Assembly (NCBI GenBank): GCA_963787125.1
Contig: CAWBBV010000002.1
Span: 1 to 64,000 of the forward strand
Origin: an uncultured delta proteobacterium
GTDB lineage: Bacteria; Desulfobacterota; Desulfuromonadia; Geobacterales; DSM-12255
Direction of reading: 5' to 3'
Length of the DNA stretch: 64,000 nt
Shown here: one piece after another, positions 1 to 9,787 of the stretch
How the letters are laid out: each line of letters starts with the position of its first letter
How positions within the stretch are numbered: the first letter of the stretch is position 1
Program-made: the position numbers and the translations under genes
The notes under the pieces: model-generated
What the model saw: only the letters and a program-made list of their open reading frames with translations
What the model was told of the DNA's origin: nothing
Databases searched by the model: none

Positions 1-131
1 ACGTTATATATGACTGAGAGCTACAGATTTTTCCCCGGAAATTATAGATAAAATAATAAGTTACCAGTCTTGTAGTTCTATTGTCAGCCTGTTATTGAAT
101 AGCCATTTATTCAACATACCAGGAGGACAGA

Positions 132-1421
132 ATGGAAGCTGTAACGGATAGTCTGGCGTTGTTCAGACAGATGAAGGCATCAGTCAGGGGCTCGGAAAAA
201 CATCTGCTAGTCGGCATCGATGTTGCCAAGAACAAGCACCATGCTTTCTTTGGAACACCCAATGGCAGAACGCTACGCAAGAACATGATCTTTGACAACA
301 GCTTACAAGGATTCGAGAATCTGCGCAGTTTAGCCGGAGATCTCAAGAATCAACATGGCCTGGTCGAGGTTGTGTATGGACTTGAGCCTACAGCCTCCTA
401 CCACAAGCCCTTAGCCGAATATCTGCTGCGACAGAAGGAGCAGGTTGTCTATGTATCCAATGTGGCCGTGGCAAAGAATCGAGCGCTACTGGATGGCCGT
501 TGGGACAAGAACGACAAGAAGGATGCCGCCAATGTTGCCGATCTGGTGGGCCAGAGCCGCTGCCTCTTCTATGAGCTACCGCAAGAGAACCTGCGTGAAT
601 TACGCAGCCTGATTGGTTTCAGGATCAGGCTGAAGAAGGAAGAGCACGCACTGAAAATGCGGCTGAGAAATAATGTTCTTGCCCAGTTCTTTCCCGAATT
701 GGACCAGCTCTACATCAAAGCAGGGCAACCGGACGACCTGATTCTTTCAATTGCCGAACATTGTCTGGACCCGAGGGAAATTGCCGGGATGGAGTTCGAC
801 GCCTTCCTGAAGCTCATTACAAAACGCAAGATCAGGATAGAACAGGAAAGACGTCTGCGCGAGCTTTGGGAGACTGCCGGAGAGTCCGTTGGTTGCCTTG
901 TTCATGACGCCGCCAGATGGGAGGCCAAGAGTCTCGTCTGCCAGCTGAAGTCGATTCGTGAAACGGTCAAGGGTAATGAGCAGTTGATGGCAAAAGCAGC
1001 AAAGCAGTTTTCTGAATATGAGTGCCTTCTGTCTATTCCCGGATTCGGTCCGATTATTTCGGCCATGGTTCTTGCCGCCATCGGCAATCCTGTCCGGTTT
1101 CAGAATCAGGGACAGGTAGTGCGTCTGGCCGGACTGGACTTAAGTGCCGAGCGGAGCGGCAAGAACAGCAACAGTGCCAAGCCGGTGATCTCCAAGCAAG
1201 GGAAAGCGGCACTGCGTTACGCCCTGGTGCAAGCGGCAATGGTTGCCTCCACAGCGAATCCGGTTATCAGGACTTACTTTAGCAAATTAATCAGAGGTCG
1301 CGAGCTTGAGCGCGGCATCAACCTGAAGATGAAAGTCAAGCTGGCGGCAAAGCTTTTGGTTGTGGCCTGGACACTTATGAAGAAGAGAGAACCATTTAAT
1401 CCTTCCTGCTTCACGGGATAA
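132..1421 (+). CDS. IS110-family transposase/recombinase
   Basis: 429 aa; DEDD motifs GIDVAK, LEPT, KNDKKDA; C-terminal SIPGFG and AGL...SG motifs; AGGAGG RBS upstream. Confidence 0.95.
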   Translation: MEAVTDSLALFRQMKASVRGSEKHLLVGIDVAKNKHHAFFGTPNGRTLRKNMIFDNSLQGFENLRSLAGDLKNQHGLVEVVYGLEPTASYHKPLAEYLLRQKEQVVYVSNVAVAKNRALLDGRWDKNDKKDAANVADLVGQSRCLFYELPQENLRELRSLIGFRIRLKKEEHALKMRLRNNVLAQFFPELDQLYIKAGQPDDLILSIAEHCLDPREIAGMEFDAFLKLITKRKIRIEQERRLRELWETAGESVGCLVHDAARWEAKSLVCQLKSIRETVKGNEQLMAKAAKQFSEYECLLSIPGFGPIISAMVLAAIGNPVRFQNQGQVVRLAGLDLSAERSGKNSNSAKPVISKQGKAALRYALVQAAMVASTANPVIRTYFSKLIRGRELERGINLKMKVKLAAKLLVVAWTLMKKREPFNPSCFTG

Positions 1422-1737
1422 CCACCCTAGAGGCAGGCAGTAGGCGAGATAAGCCCGTTTAACAACGTAGAGGCAGCAATGACCTCGGGAGGGACAATAC
1501 CGGGCATCTCACTAAAATCTTGGAGCTTTGATAAGGAATGATAGACAACCCAGTTCCCGATGCGGGCGGGGGATGTCGGATACAAGTAACGATTAAGCTC
1601 AAGGTTTGCCGTAAGTGAGAGACTCGCCATTTCACCAAAGCAAGGGATAGCTGCGCCCGCAATCCGCAAGGATGACTAACTATTTGATTTTAAAAGAGCG
1701 ATATTTTCAGTTGACAGGTGGACTATAGAATGTCCCC
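1422..1737 (+). ncRNA. Putative bridge/seek RNA-encoding 3' non-coding region of IS110
   Basis: ~316-bp tail kept in both copies; a long 3' non-coding region is the IS1111-type arrangement; short matches to element flank and ends (see findings). RNA boundaries unknown. Confidence 0.55.
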
Positions 1738-2883
1738 CAAGGGTCCACCCAAAACCGGCGGTTACTCGATCCTTTTCATCCAGCCCGGAACCGTCGGCTA
1801 TTACAGCCTCGTCTTTGGCCAGACCCAGTTCATCAAAAAAATCATAAACCGCTTTCAGCCCTTTTTCCCTGGTCCCCGGTTCTCCTGATGCCTCTCGTCC
1901 CAACACCAGCAGCAGGTTGTCAGCCATAACATTCAGGCTGTTAACGTTTGTCTCGCGCAAGAGTTGGTTGAGGTCGGGGCTGGCCATCTCTGTCAGGATC
2001 AACGCACCTGGCGGCGTTATCCCAAGCTTTACGTCACCTTCCACCGTTACCGCTGCCTGCAGCAATTCAGTTTTCAATGAACCGGCTGCATACAGAGCCG
2101 GTTCATTGAGAGCAAACCTCTGTCTGTATGGTGCAGCATTTTGCGGAATATCGCCTGTGACCTTATAAGCGGTGTCGTCGATCCGCACTATCTGTATGGA
2201 GCTGCTTGACGCGGATATTGTCCTCGCCGTCAATGCCACTCTTACGGCGTCATTTGCCGGTTCGAACTTTACCAATGGAGTTTTGCCCGGTTCAGTGGGG
2301 GTGACGGTCACGCTTACCGTATGGAGATTCAGCCCCAGCGACCCGGCAGGGGCGTATCCCGGGCCGGTGCGGGTTCGCTCCAGCCCTTTCGGATCGAATC
2401 GTGTATCATCAGCAATCATGTCTCCGGTTACTTTGCTTATTCCCATCCGGGAAAGCCTCCGGGCGGCATTTTTGATATCTTCATCGGATAGCAGCGCGTT
2501 ACCTTTTCCCACAAGATAGATGTTACCTGCTATCGTGCCGTTTTTTTTGCCCCGTCGTGATAAATGGCGGTTCGCAGGTCGAATGCGCCATGCTTTGCCG
2601 CATGTTCTAATATTGCACCGCCAGTAAAAAGCTTCACCAGCGAACCGGGCATGAGACGCTCTTTCATTCCACTTCCGATGGCAAAAAGCTCTTTTCCGCT
2701 AGGGGCATCAAGTAAAACCAACGACCATTTGGCATCAACGGGGAGGAGTGATACTATCTTTTCCCTGAACAAGCTGCTCTCATTGGCATATATTTCGGCC
2801 GGAGATAACAGACAAAACATCCAGATTAGGAAAAAGACGCATGGCATCTTTGTATAATTTGTCAACAGTTGTAACCTAACCAC
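1738..2883 (-). pseudogene. dacB: D-alanyl-D-alanine carboxypeptidase/endopeptidase (PBP4, S13), frameshifted and 3'-truncated by IS110
   Basis: ORFs 2530-2883 (PGSLVK, SxxK) and 1676-2512 (NSLN, DGSGL) join if one base is added in the T8 run at 2541-2548; the KTG region is replaced by IS110. Confidence 0.85.
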
Positions 2884-2935
2884 TTTGGTTTACCATCGAT
2901 CCTAAAAAATGTATTATGAACCATAATGCACTGGC

Positions 2936-3133
2936 TTAACTTAATTTTTTTCTCGCAACAAAATAACAAATAACAACTAGTACTGGTCCGAGTATTTTTG
3001 AAGTGAAAAAATCAGTGAAAGATAGTAGCGTGAATATTTTTGTATTTGTGACATAATGAGTTGCTTTTATTATAATGTAGATAACTGACACTATTGCACA
3101 CAGTAAAAACCATGTTATAGCTTTCATATGCAT
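2936..3133 (-). CDS. Small two-TM membrane protein, putative immunity protein
   Basis: 65 aa, two hydrophobic segments, AT-rich, directly downstream of the RHS tip. Confidence 0.55.
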   Translation of the reverse strand: MHMKAITWFLLCAIVSVIYIIIKATHYVTNTKIFTLLSFTDFFTSKILGPVLVVICYFVARKKLS

Positions 3134-3137
3134 CTCC

Positions 3138-3607
3138 TCACATACAAGATTTAAGATAGCTGGCTAATGAATCTTTAACTGAACTTGTAACATCATACGA
3201 CCAATAGTATCCTTCAAGTGTAGTAGCTGGTGCAGATATCCTCATACCAGCTACAGATAAAAATACATTATATGCATTATATGCAGAGTTGGCTAAATTA
3301 TTATCTTTAGTAGCGATATATACAGCATTATATATTATATCTGGATTTGGTACCGATATCTTATTGTCTTGAATAAGTCCTATTATACCCTTAACAATGG
3401 CTGTAGAAAGTTTTTCAACCCCAATTAAAGTGGTTGGAACTCCTACTATTGCCCCTGGGAGGCCAAGAAGCGCTGTACTAGCAATGCCAGTACCAATTAC
3501 TACAAACGACATACCTCCTTCATCTAAAGCCTCGCTAAAAACATCTTCATTATATAAACCTAATTGATCCGTTGACATTATTGAGTTATTTTTTACATAC
3601 CTATAAA
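3138..3607 (-). pseudogene. Orphan RHS C-terminal toxin fragment
   Basis: YRYVKNNSIMSTDQLGL resembles the RHS core terminus (YxYxxNNPxxxxDPxGL), followed by ~140 AT-rich codons; cut upstream by IS1380 at 3608. Confidence 0.7.
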
Positions 3608-5280
3608 CCCGAATCCGCAAACCTTTGCCGGACACATTCATACAGGGTGATTTCGGAGGTATTTTTTTGAGTGAGACCCCATTGAGGGGAGTCGAAATCA
3701 CAGTTTTCAGCAAATTTCAAAAAGTGACGAGCTATTTTCCTCTTCAGGCGGTGTTTTTGCCGAATTAGGGACGAACTGCCACCTTGATCTTGTTTTTTGC
3801 TCTTTGACAATCTTGTTTTCAGTGTTTCCTTTAGCCGGTTACCGGCTGGAGCCTGCTGATTCTCGCCTGTATTCTGTCAGGGCGAAGCTTCTCCAGCCAC
3901 CAGCCGTTGACTTTTAGCAGGTTCTTGCGAGCATGATTGACCACGATTGCCGCACTACGCAGCAGATAATCCTGAATGGTCTTGATCCGCCGCCGCACTG
4001 GTGTTGCCTGACTGTCCGTCTCTATATCACCAGTTTCATCCCGCCACTGCTGGCCCAGCAAAATTAGCAGATTGTAGGCCATGGTTCCCAATGTAAGGAA
4101 TACTTCGTTGACACTGAAGGTCTGGGAGGGAAACCGTTCCAGGTCCAGATCGTGCTTAAGCTCTTTGTTTGCCTCCTCTGCCGCTCCACGTCCCCGATAG
4201 AGTTCGAATGCTCGCTGCGGGGTAACATCTTTGGGCAGGTTGGTGGCCAGTACGTGATAGCGGACATCATTGATCAGCAGTGGCTCCCCTTTTTCGTCTA
4301 CAGACTTGATCTGAACGCAGAAGACGAAGCGGCGTGGAATCTTCCAGCCGCTTGGGGTGTACTCGAATTCTCCGTAGAACTCACCACCGAAGTCCGTGAC
4401 TTTGAGGCTCATAACGTCTACATCGAGATTCTCGTTTACCACCCGGTCCAAAGCGCCACTGGTTCGGGCCTTGACCAGATAGTACGCCCCGGCATCTTCG
4501 CTGGCCTGGACAGTTTTGATGCTATAGAGCCCGGCATCGTAGCGAAAGAGGAGCTTGTTTCGATCTATCTTCTCAGGGAGCAGCTCTGCCGTTTCCCTGA
4601 TAAAATCGTCAATCCGTTCGACAGCTTTCTCTCGTCCTGGCAACAGCCAGTGATTGATGCAGAACCGTTCGCGACCTACAACAGCAAATACGGGGGTATA
4701 GCAGAGTTTGCCGTTGTATGTGGTTTGAGCACCTTCTCGTTTGGGCGCAAACTGCTCAAAAATACTTGGATCAATATCGCAAGGGATGTAACCTTCAGCT
4801 CCCGGTTCAGCAGTGATGGTTGCCTGGGAAACAATCTTTGCTCCGACCCGCTTGAGACCAGTGATCTGCTCTTTGCCATATTTTTCAAGATGCGTGGCAA
4901 CAGCCCGTTCTTTTGGGAGTTTGTTAAAGCCAAGCGACTTCTTGAGCAGTTTTTCTTCCCGAGCGAGCCAGGCAAGATCAGTGTAACTAGTCCGGCGTAG
5001 GGAAATGTTTAGTAACAGCGGGATCAGATGTTCCTCTTCCCGGAAGCCGTAGTCGATCTTCTTGACCCGCACCTCGCTTCTGATTGCTCGAATCAAATCG
5101 AGACGGCGTATGAGGGTGGTGAGCAACTCCAATCCTGCTACGGAAGTTAGTGTCTGTCGGGCTGCTACATACTGGAAACCAAGATTGTCTTTCACCATTC
5201 GGGTGAACTCCTTCACTGCAATTATGTGAAGGATTATAGCATGTTACGTTACATTAGCCCAATAGTTTTGCGGATTGGGG
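3608..5280 (-). mobile_element. IS1380-like insertion sequence, copy A
   Basis: 14-bp terminal inverted repeats CCCGAATCCGCAAA (3608) and TTTGCGGATTGGGG (ends 5280); flanks ATAAA/TTAAA are not a perfect target duplication. Confidence 0.88.
3831..5216 (-). CDS. IS1380-family DDE transposase
   Basis: 461 aa; CDID, RYDAG and YRGRGAAEEANKELK motifs; close paralogue of 39787-41172. Confidence 0.85.
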   Translation of the reverse strand: MKEFTRMVKDNLGFQYVAARQTLTSVAGLELLTTLIRRLDLIRAIRSEVRVKKIDYGFREEEHLIPLLLNISLRRTSYTDLAWLAREEKLLKKSLGFNKLPKERAVATHLEKYGKEQITGLKRVGAKIVSQATITAEPGAEGYIPCDIDPSIFEQFAPKREGAQTTYNGKLCYTPVFAVVGRERFCINHWLLPGREKAVERIDDFIRETAELLPEKIDRNKLLFRYDAGLYSIKTVQASEDAGAYYLVKARTSGALDRVVNENLDVDVMSLKVTDFGGEFYGEFEYTPSGWKIPRRFVFCVQIKSVDEKGEPLLINDVRYHVLATNLPKDVTPQRAFELYRGRGAAEEANKELKHDLDLERFPSQTFSVNEVFLTLGTMAYNLLILLGQQWRDETGDIETDSQATPVRRRIKTIQDYLLRSAAIVVNHARKNLLKVNGWWLEKLRPDRIQARISRLQPVTG

Positions 5281-6164
5281 TTAAATCAAACTGACTAAAT
5301 TTATCAACATCAGCAACTGCACCCAAAGCGAAAAATCGCGACTGTATAATTCTCGAAAATATTTCATATCTGTCTTTAGTGTCTTCAGGGTCTTTAGTAA
5401 ATCGCTTAACCCCGCTAAGCAGATCAAAAAACAGGTCTTCGCCTTGCACATATTTGTCTGCGTTACCACTGTAACTGTAAGGCGTATCAGGTTTCAAATT
5501 ATTACCAAGTCGCCAAATACGTAATGCATAATCATCAACATTAAAGTAGTTAAGGAATACCGTTTTATCAAAACTCTCTGCAAGGTATGGCTTATCTCCT
5601 GAGTTTGGATCTCCTGAAGCGTAATAACCGGATACATTTGGAATGGTAAAGGTACGATCCGTCCAGACTTTTTTGTTGTCATAAAAGTTTGTCGAGATTG
5701 CCCCTTGTGTAGCTATATAGCGCTGAACGATACCATTTCCCGACAGCTTGTTTATTGCTTCTCCCGCAACAACTGTTCCCATGCTATGGGCAAGAAGCCT
5801 GATCTGCCCTTTGTGTTTGGATAAACCCTGTTCCAGCAGATTCTTCAGAGCCTCAGCAGAATTCCAGGCGATGTTTTCACTCCGTGGATAGTTGGTAGAC
5901 CACATGAAATGGTAACCCAATATCCCTGTTTCTGCTTCAGTTAACGTCGGCCAGCTGAAGCTGCCGACACGGCCTGCGTACCACTGCCACCAGAGCCTTT
6001 TGAAGGTTGTTTCTGTCCACCGTTTTTTCTCATACTCCTTCATGTTCCAGCCATGAACATACAAGAGATATGCTTTATCATCGACAGGCTCATAGGCACC
6101 TTTCTGTATTTGATAAGGGGCAAGAGAAATATTTGGCGCTGTATTACTGCCTGGAGGGGCAGTA
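5281..6164 (-). pseudogene. Alpha/beta hydrolase domain fragment cut by IS elements at both ends
   Basis: VHGWN and AHSMG nucleophile motif; the start and end of ORF 5249-6184 are supplied by IS110 and IS1380 sequence. Confidence 0.75.
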
Positions 6165-7945
6165 GGGGACATTCTATAGTCCACCTGTCAACTGAAAATA
6201 TCGCTCTTTTAAAATCAAATAGTTAGTCATCCTTGCGGATTGCGGGCGCAGCTATCCCTTGCTTTGGTGAAATGGCGAGTCTCTCACTTACGGCAAACCT
6301 TGAGCTTAATCGTTACTTGTATCCGACATCCCCCGCCCGCATCGGGAACTGGGTTGTCTATCATTCCTTATCAAAGCTCCAAGATTTTAGTGAGATGCCC
6401 GGTATTGTCCCTCCCGAGGTCATTGCTGCCTCTACGTTGTTAAACGGGCTTATCTCGCCTACTGCCTGCCTCTAGGGTGGTTATCCCGTGAAGCAGGAAG
6501 GATTAAATGGTTCTCTCTTCTTCATAAGTGTCCAGGCCACAACCAAAAGCTTTGCCGCCAGCTTGACTTTCATCTTCAGGTTGATGCCGCGCTCAAGCTC
6601 GCGACCTCTGATTAATTTGCTAAAGTAAGTCCTGATAACCGGATTCGCTGTGGAGGCAACCATTGCCGCTTGCACCAGGGCGTAACGCAGTGCCGCTTTC
6701 CCCTGCTTGGAGATCACCGGCTTGGCACTGTTGCTGTTCTTGCCGCTCCGCTCGGCACTTAAGTCCAGTCCGGCCAGACGCACTACCTGTCCCTGATTCT
6801 GAAACCGGACAGGATTGCCGATGGCGGCAAGAACCATGGCCGAAATAATCGGACCGAATCCGGGAATAGACAGAAGGCACTCATATTCAGAAAACTGCTT
6901 TGCTGCTTTTGCCATCAACTGCTCATTACCCTTGACCGTTTCACGAACCGACTTCAGCTGGCAGACGAGACTCTTGGCCTCCCATCTGGCGGCGTCATGA
7001 ACAAGGCAACCAACGGACTCTCCGGCAGTCTCCCAAAGCTCGCGCAGACGTCTTTCCTGTTCTATCCTGATCTTGCGTTTTGTAATGAGCTTCAGGAAGG
7101 CGTCGAACTCCATCCCGGCAATTTCCCTCGGGTCCAGACAATGTTCGGCAATTGAAAGAATCAGGTCGTCCGGTTGCCCTGCTTTGATGTAGAGCTGGTC
7201 CAGTTCGGGAAAGAACTGGGCAAGAACATTATTTCTCAGCCGCATTTTCAGTGCGTGCTCTTCCTTCTTCAGCCTGATCCTGAAACCAATCAGGCTGCGT
7301 AATTCACGCAGGTTCTCTTGCGGTAGCTCATAGAAGAGGCAGCGGCTCTGGCCCACCAGATCGGCAACATTGGCGGCATCCTTCTTGTCGTTCTTGTCCC
7401 AACGGCCATCCAGTAGCGCTCGATTCTTTGCCACGGCCACATTGGATACATAGACAACCTGCTCCTTCTGTCGCAGCAGATATTCGGCTAAGGGCTTGTG
7501 GTAGGAGGCTGTAGGCTCAAGTCCATACACAACCTCGACCAGGCCATGTTGATTCTTGAGATCTCCGGCTAAACTGCGCAGATTCTCGAATCCTTGTAAG
7601 CTGTTGTCAAAGATCATGTTCTTGCGTAGCGTTCTGCCATTGGGTGTTCCAAAGAAAGCATGGTGCTTGTTCTTGGCAACATCGATGCCGACTAGCAGAT
7701 GTTTTTCCGAGCCCCTGACTGATGCCTTCATCTGTCTGAACAACGCCAGACTATCCGTTACAGCTTCCATTCTGTCCTCCTGGTATGTTGAATAAATGGC
7801 TATTCAATAACAGGCTGACAATAGAACTACAAGACTGGTAACTTATTATTTTATCTATAATTTCCGGGGAAAAATCTGTAGCTCTCAGTCATATATAACG
7901 TTGTTGATCAATCAACTAACTTGCCTCTAAGAGCCGGATTACCCC
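6165..7945 (-). mobile_element. IS110-family element, copy 2 (inverted; left end approximate)
   Basis: Reverse complement of copy 1 up to 7901 with a few SNPs (e.g. KSIRE vs KSVRE); outer boundary beyond 7901 cannot be fixed. Confidence 0.9.
6481..7770 (-). CDS. IS110-family transposase/recombinase
   Basis: 429 aa, one residue different from 132-1421. Confidence 0.95.
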   Translation of the reverse strand: MEAVTDSLALFRQMKASVRGSEKHLLVGIDVAKNKHHAFFGTPNGRTLRKNMIFDNSLQGFENLRSLAGDLKNQHGLVEVVYGLEPTASYHKPLAEYLLRQKEQVVYVSNVAVAKNRALLDGRWDKNDKKDAANVADLVGQSRCLFYELPQENLRELRSLIGFRIRLKKEEHALKMRLRNNVLAQFFPELDQLYIKAGQPDDLILSIAEHCLDPREIAGMEFDAFLKLITKRKIRIEQERRLRELWETAGESVGCLVHDAARWEAKSLVCQLKSVRETVKGNEQLMAKAAKQFSEYECLLSIPGFGPIISAMVLAAIGNPVRFQNQGQVVRLAGLDLSAERSGKNSNSAKPVISKQGKAALRYALVQAAMVASTANPVIRTYFSKLIRGRELERGINLKMKVKLAAKLLVVAWTLMKKREPFNPSCFTG

Positions 7946-8206
7946 TGACTATCTCCGCGCCCCGCTTTACCGCCACACTCACTCCAGATCGAGTCATGGT
8001 AAGCGCTCTGGCAACTGCAACTCCGCTAAATTAAGGCACCTTCAACGATGTTTGCTGGTTTGCTAACTACCCAGAACCGACTCTCTAACACCCTTATTTG
8101 CAGCACAAACACCTCGCCACGCCTTGGGGCAAGACATACTCACGATCTCTCTTAACCAACTCTTGCAGTATGTCGTTGTAGCACAACGGCCATCATTAAA
8201 GACCAC

Positions 8207-8283
8207 AAAACTTCGGGCGTCCGAAGTTTCGACTTAAGTAACTTATTTACAACAATTCACCCCTAAAAACAGGCCAAATATTT
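8207..8283. repeat. ~77-bp intergenic element with hairpin, copy 1
   Basis: Aligns without gaps to 18072-18148 (56/77 identities by hand count). Confidence 0.7.
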
Positions 8284-8379
8284 CGGCGATTTTGGACCGA
8301 ATTTCACCCGTTTTCTCATTATTTCAGCAATTTCATCTGGCCGATCTCTTTGCACCTGGTATGAAGGAGCGGTCCGGGG

Positions 8380-9786
8380 CTATTTCCGCAACATCTTGAG
8401 CCGCTTGTTCAACGCCGGGGGGGAGATCCCCAGCAGCCTTGCGGCAATGGCCTGAACGCCGTTTGCCCGGGAGATGGCTTCATCCACCAGCAGTTCGGCT
8501 GCTTCAGTAAAGGTGGGGAGCCGTTCGAAAGCGGTAAACGGGTTCTGATCGGGAGTAGGGAGCGGTTGGCCTTTGCGGGCCGGGCCGATTGCTTTAAGAA
8601 AGGTATCCATGGAGAGAATTCTCTCTTTATGGAGACTGACCGCATTATAAACCATGCCGCGCAGTTCCCGGACATTGCCGGGGAAATGATAGGTGGCAAG
8701 CAGCTGGGCAAGCTCTTTTGGCGGGGTGGGCTTTCGTTTGCCGCACGACCGGGCAGCTTCCCCGAGGAAATAGTCCAACAGCAGCGGCAGGTCACCGGTC
8801 CGCTCGCGCAAAGCCGGAATATGAACGTGGTGGGTGCGGAGCCGGTAATACAGGTCGCGGCGAAAGGTCCCGGCCGATTCCCTGGCAGTCAGGTCACAAT
8901 GGGTGGCGACGACGATGCGGGCTTTCAGCCGCTTGGGACGATCACTCCCCAGAGGGAAATACTCCCCCTCCTGGAGGAGCCGTAGCAGCTTGACCTGGGA
9001 GGCAATACTGAGGTCACCGATTTCGTCGAGGAAGAGGGTGCCGTCAACCGCCTGTTCGATCATGCCGGGTCGGGCCTGATCAGCGCCGGTATAGGCGCCG
9101 CGCACATGGCCGAAGAGGGTGTCGGCAAAAACCGTGTCGTCAAGGCCGGCAACATTAACGGCGATGAGCGGCCCGGAGCAGCCACTCAGCTTGTGGGCCG
9201 CCCGGGCAAAAAGCTCCTTGCCGGTACCGCTTTCGCCGGTGATCAACAGCGGCTGATTGCTGGGGGCGACCGCTTCGATATAGGTGAAAATGTCGTGCAT
9301 GCCGCGATCAGCGGTGACAATGTCGAGAAACGCTTCCGGGTGCTGCAGCTCCCGGGAGAGCATCCGGTTAGACATGGTGCGAAACTCATGTTGCAGCTCC
9401 AGGATACGGATTGCCCGCAGCACCCCTCCCACCAGACGGTCTTCTTCGTCAGTTTTGACAAAATAGTCGAAGGCACCAAGCTTCATGCAGCTGACCGCGG
9501 TCTCCAGCTGGTTCATGCCACTGACAATGATCGTCATTATTTCAGGATGAGTCTCGGCGATCTTTGCCAGGAGCGCTTCTCCTGACAGATGCGGCATGGT
9601 GAGATCCAGCAGCACCAGGCCGATATCACCCTGATCAAGCAGCGCCAGGGCTTCCCGGCTGTCCTGGCAGGTATGGAGGTTGTTGATACCGGCACAGCTT
9701 TTCAGGGTCAGGGAGAAGGACTTCAGCCAGGCAGGCTCGTCGTCAACCAGCAGGATACCGAAACCGGGATATGGAGTAGTCTTCAT
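8380..9786 (-). CDS. Sigma54-dependent response regulator (REC-AAA+-HTH, NtrC family)
   Basis: LLVDDE/LDLTMP receiver, GESGTGKE, GAYTGA, LFLDEIG, FPGNVREL. Confidence 0.93.
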   Translation of the reverse strand: MKTTPYPGFGILLVDDEPAWLKSFSLTLKSCAGINNLHTCQDSREALALLDQGDIGLVLLDLTMPHLSGEALLAKIAETHPEIMTIIVSGMNQLETAVSCMKLGAFDYFVKTDEEDRLVGGVLRAIRILELQHEFRTMSNRMLSRELQHPEAFLDIVTADRGMHDIFTYIEAVAPSNQPLLITGESGTGKELFARAAHKLSGCSGPLIAVNVAGLDDTVFADTLFGHVRGAYTGADQARPGMIEQAVDGTLFLDEIGDLSIASQVKLLRLLQEGEYFPLGSDRPKRLKARIVVATHCDLTARESAGTFRRDLYYRLRTHHVHIPALRERTGDLPLLLDYFLGEAARSCGKRKPTPPKELAQLLATYHFPGNVRELRGMVYNAVSLHKERILSMDTFLKAIGPARKGQPLPTPDQNPFTAFERLPTFTEAAELLVDEAISRANGVQAIAARLLGISPPALNKRLKMLRK

Positions 9787-9787
9787 G

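Larger units (their letters stand above)
1..1737 (+). mobile_element. IS110-family element, copy 1 (left end lies before the window)
   Basis: 1-1737 is a near-perfect reverse complement of 6165-7901; the shared sequence stops after ...CTATAGAATGTCCCC; encodes an IS110 transposase. Confidence 0.93.

Noticed and set aside
1427..1669. Short ORFs in the IS110 tail (also 6233-6475)
   Set aside because: Antisense, weak starts, no recognisable motifs; better explained as a non-coding end
3608..3810. ORF 3601-3810 and the start of ORF 3138-3713
   Set aside because: Lie within the IS1380 end sequence
8338..8354. Sigma54 promoter TGGCCGATCTCTTTGC
   Set aside because: GG-to-GC spacing is 11 rather than 10 and it points into the 3' end of a convergent gene
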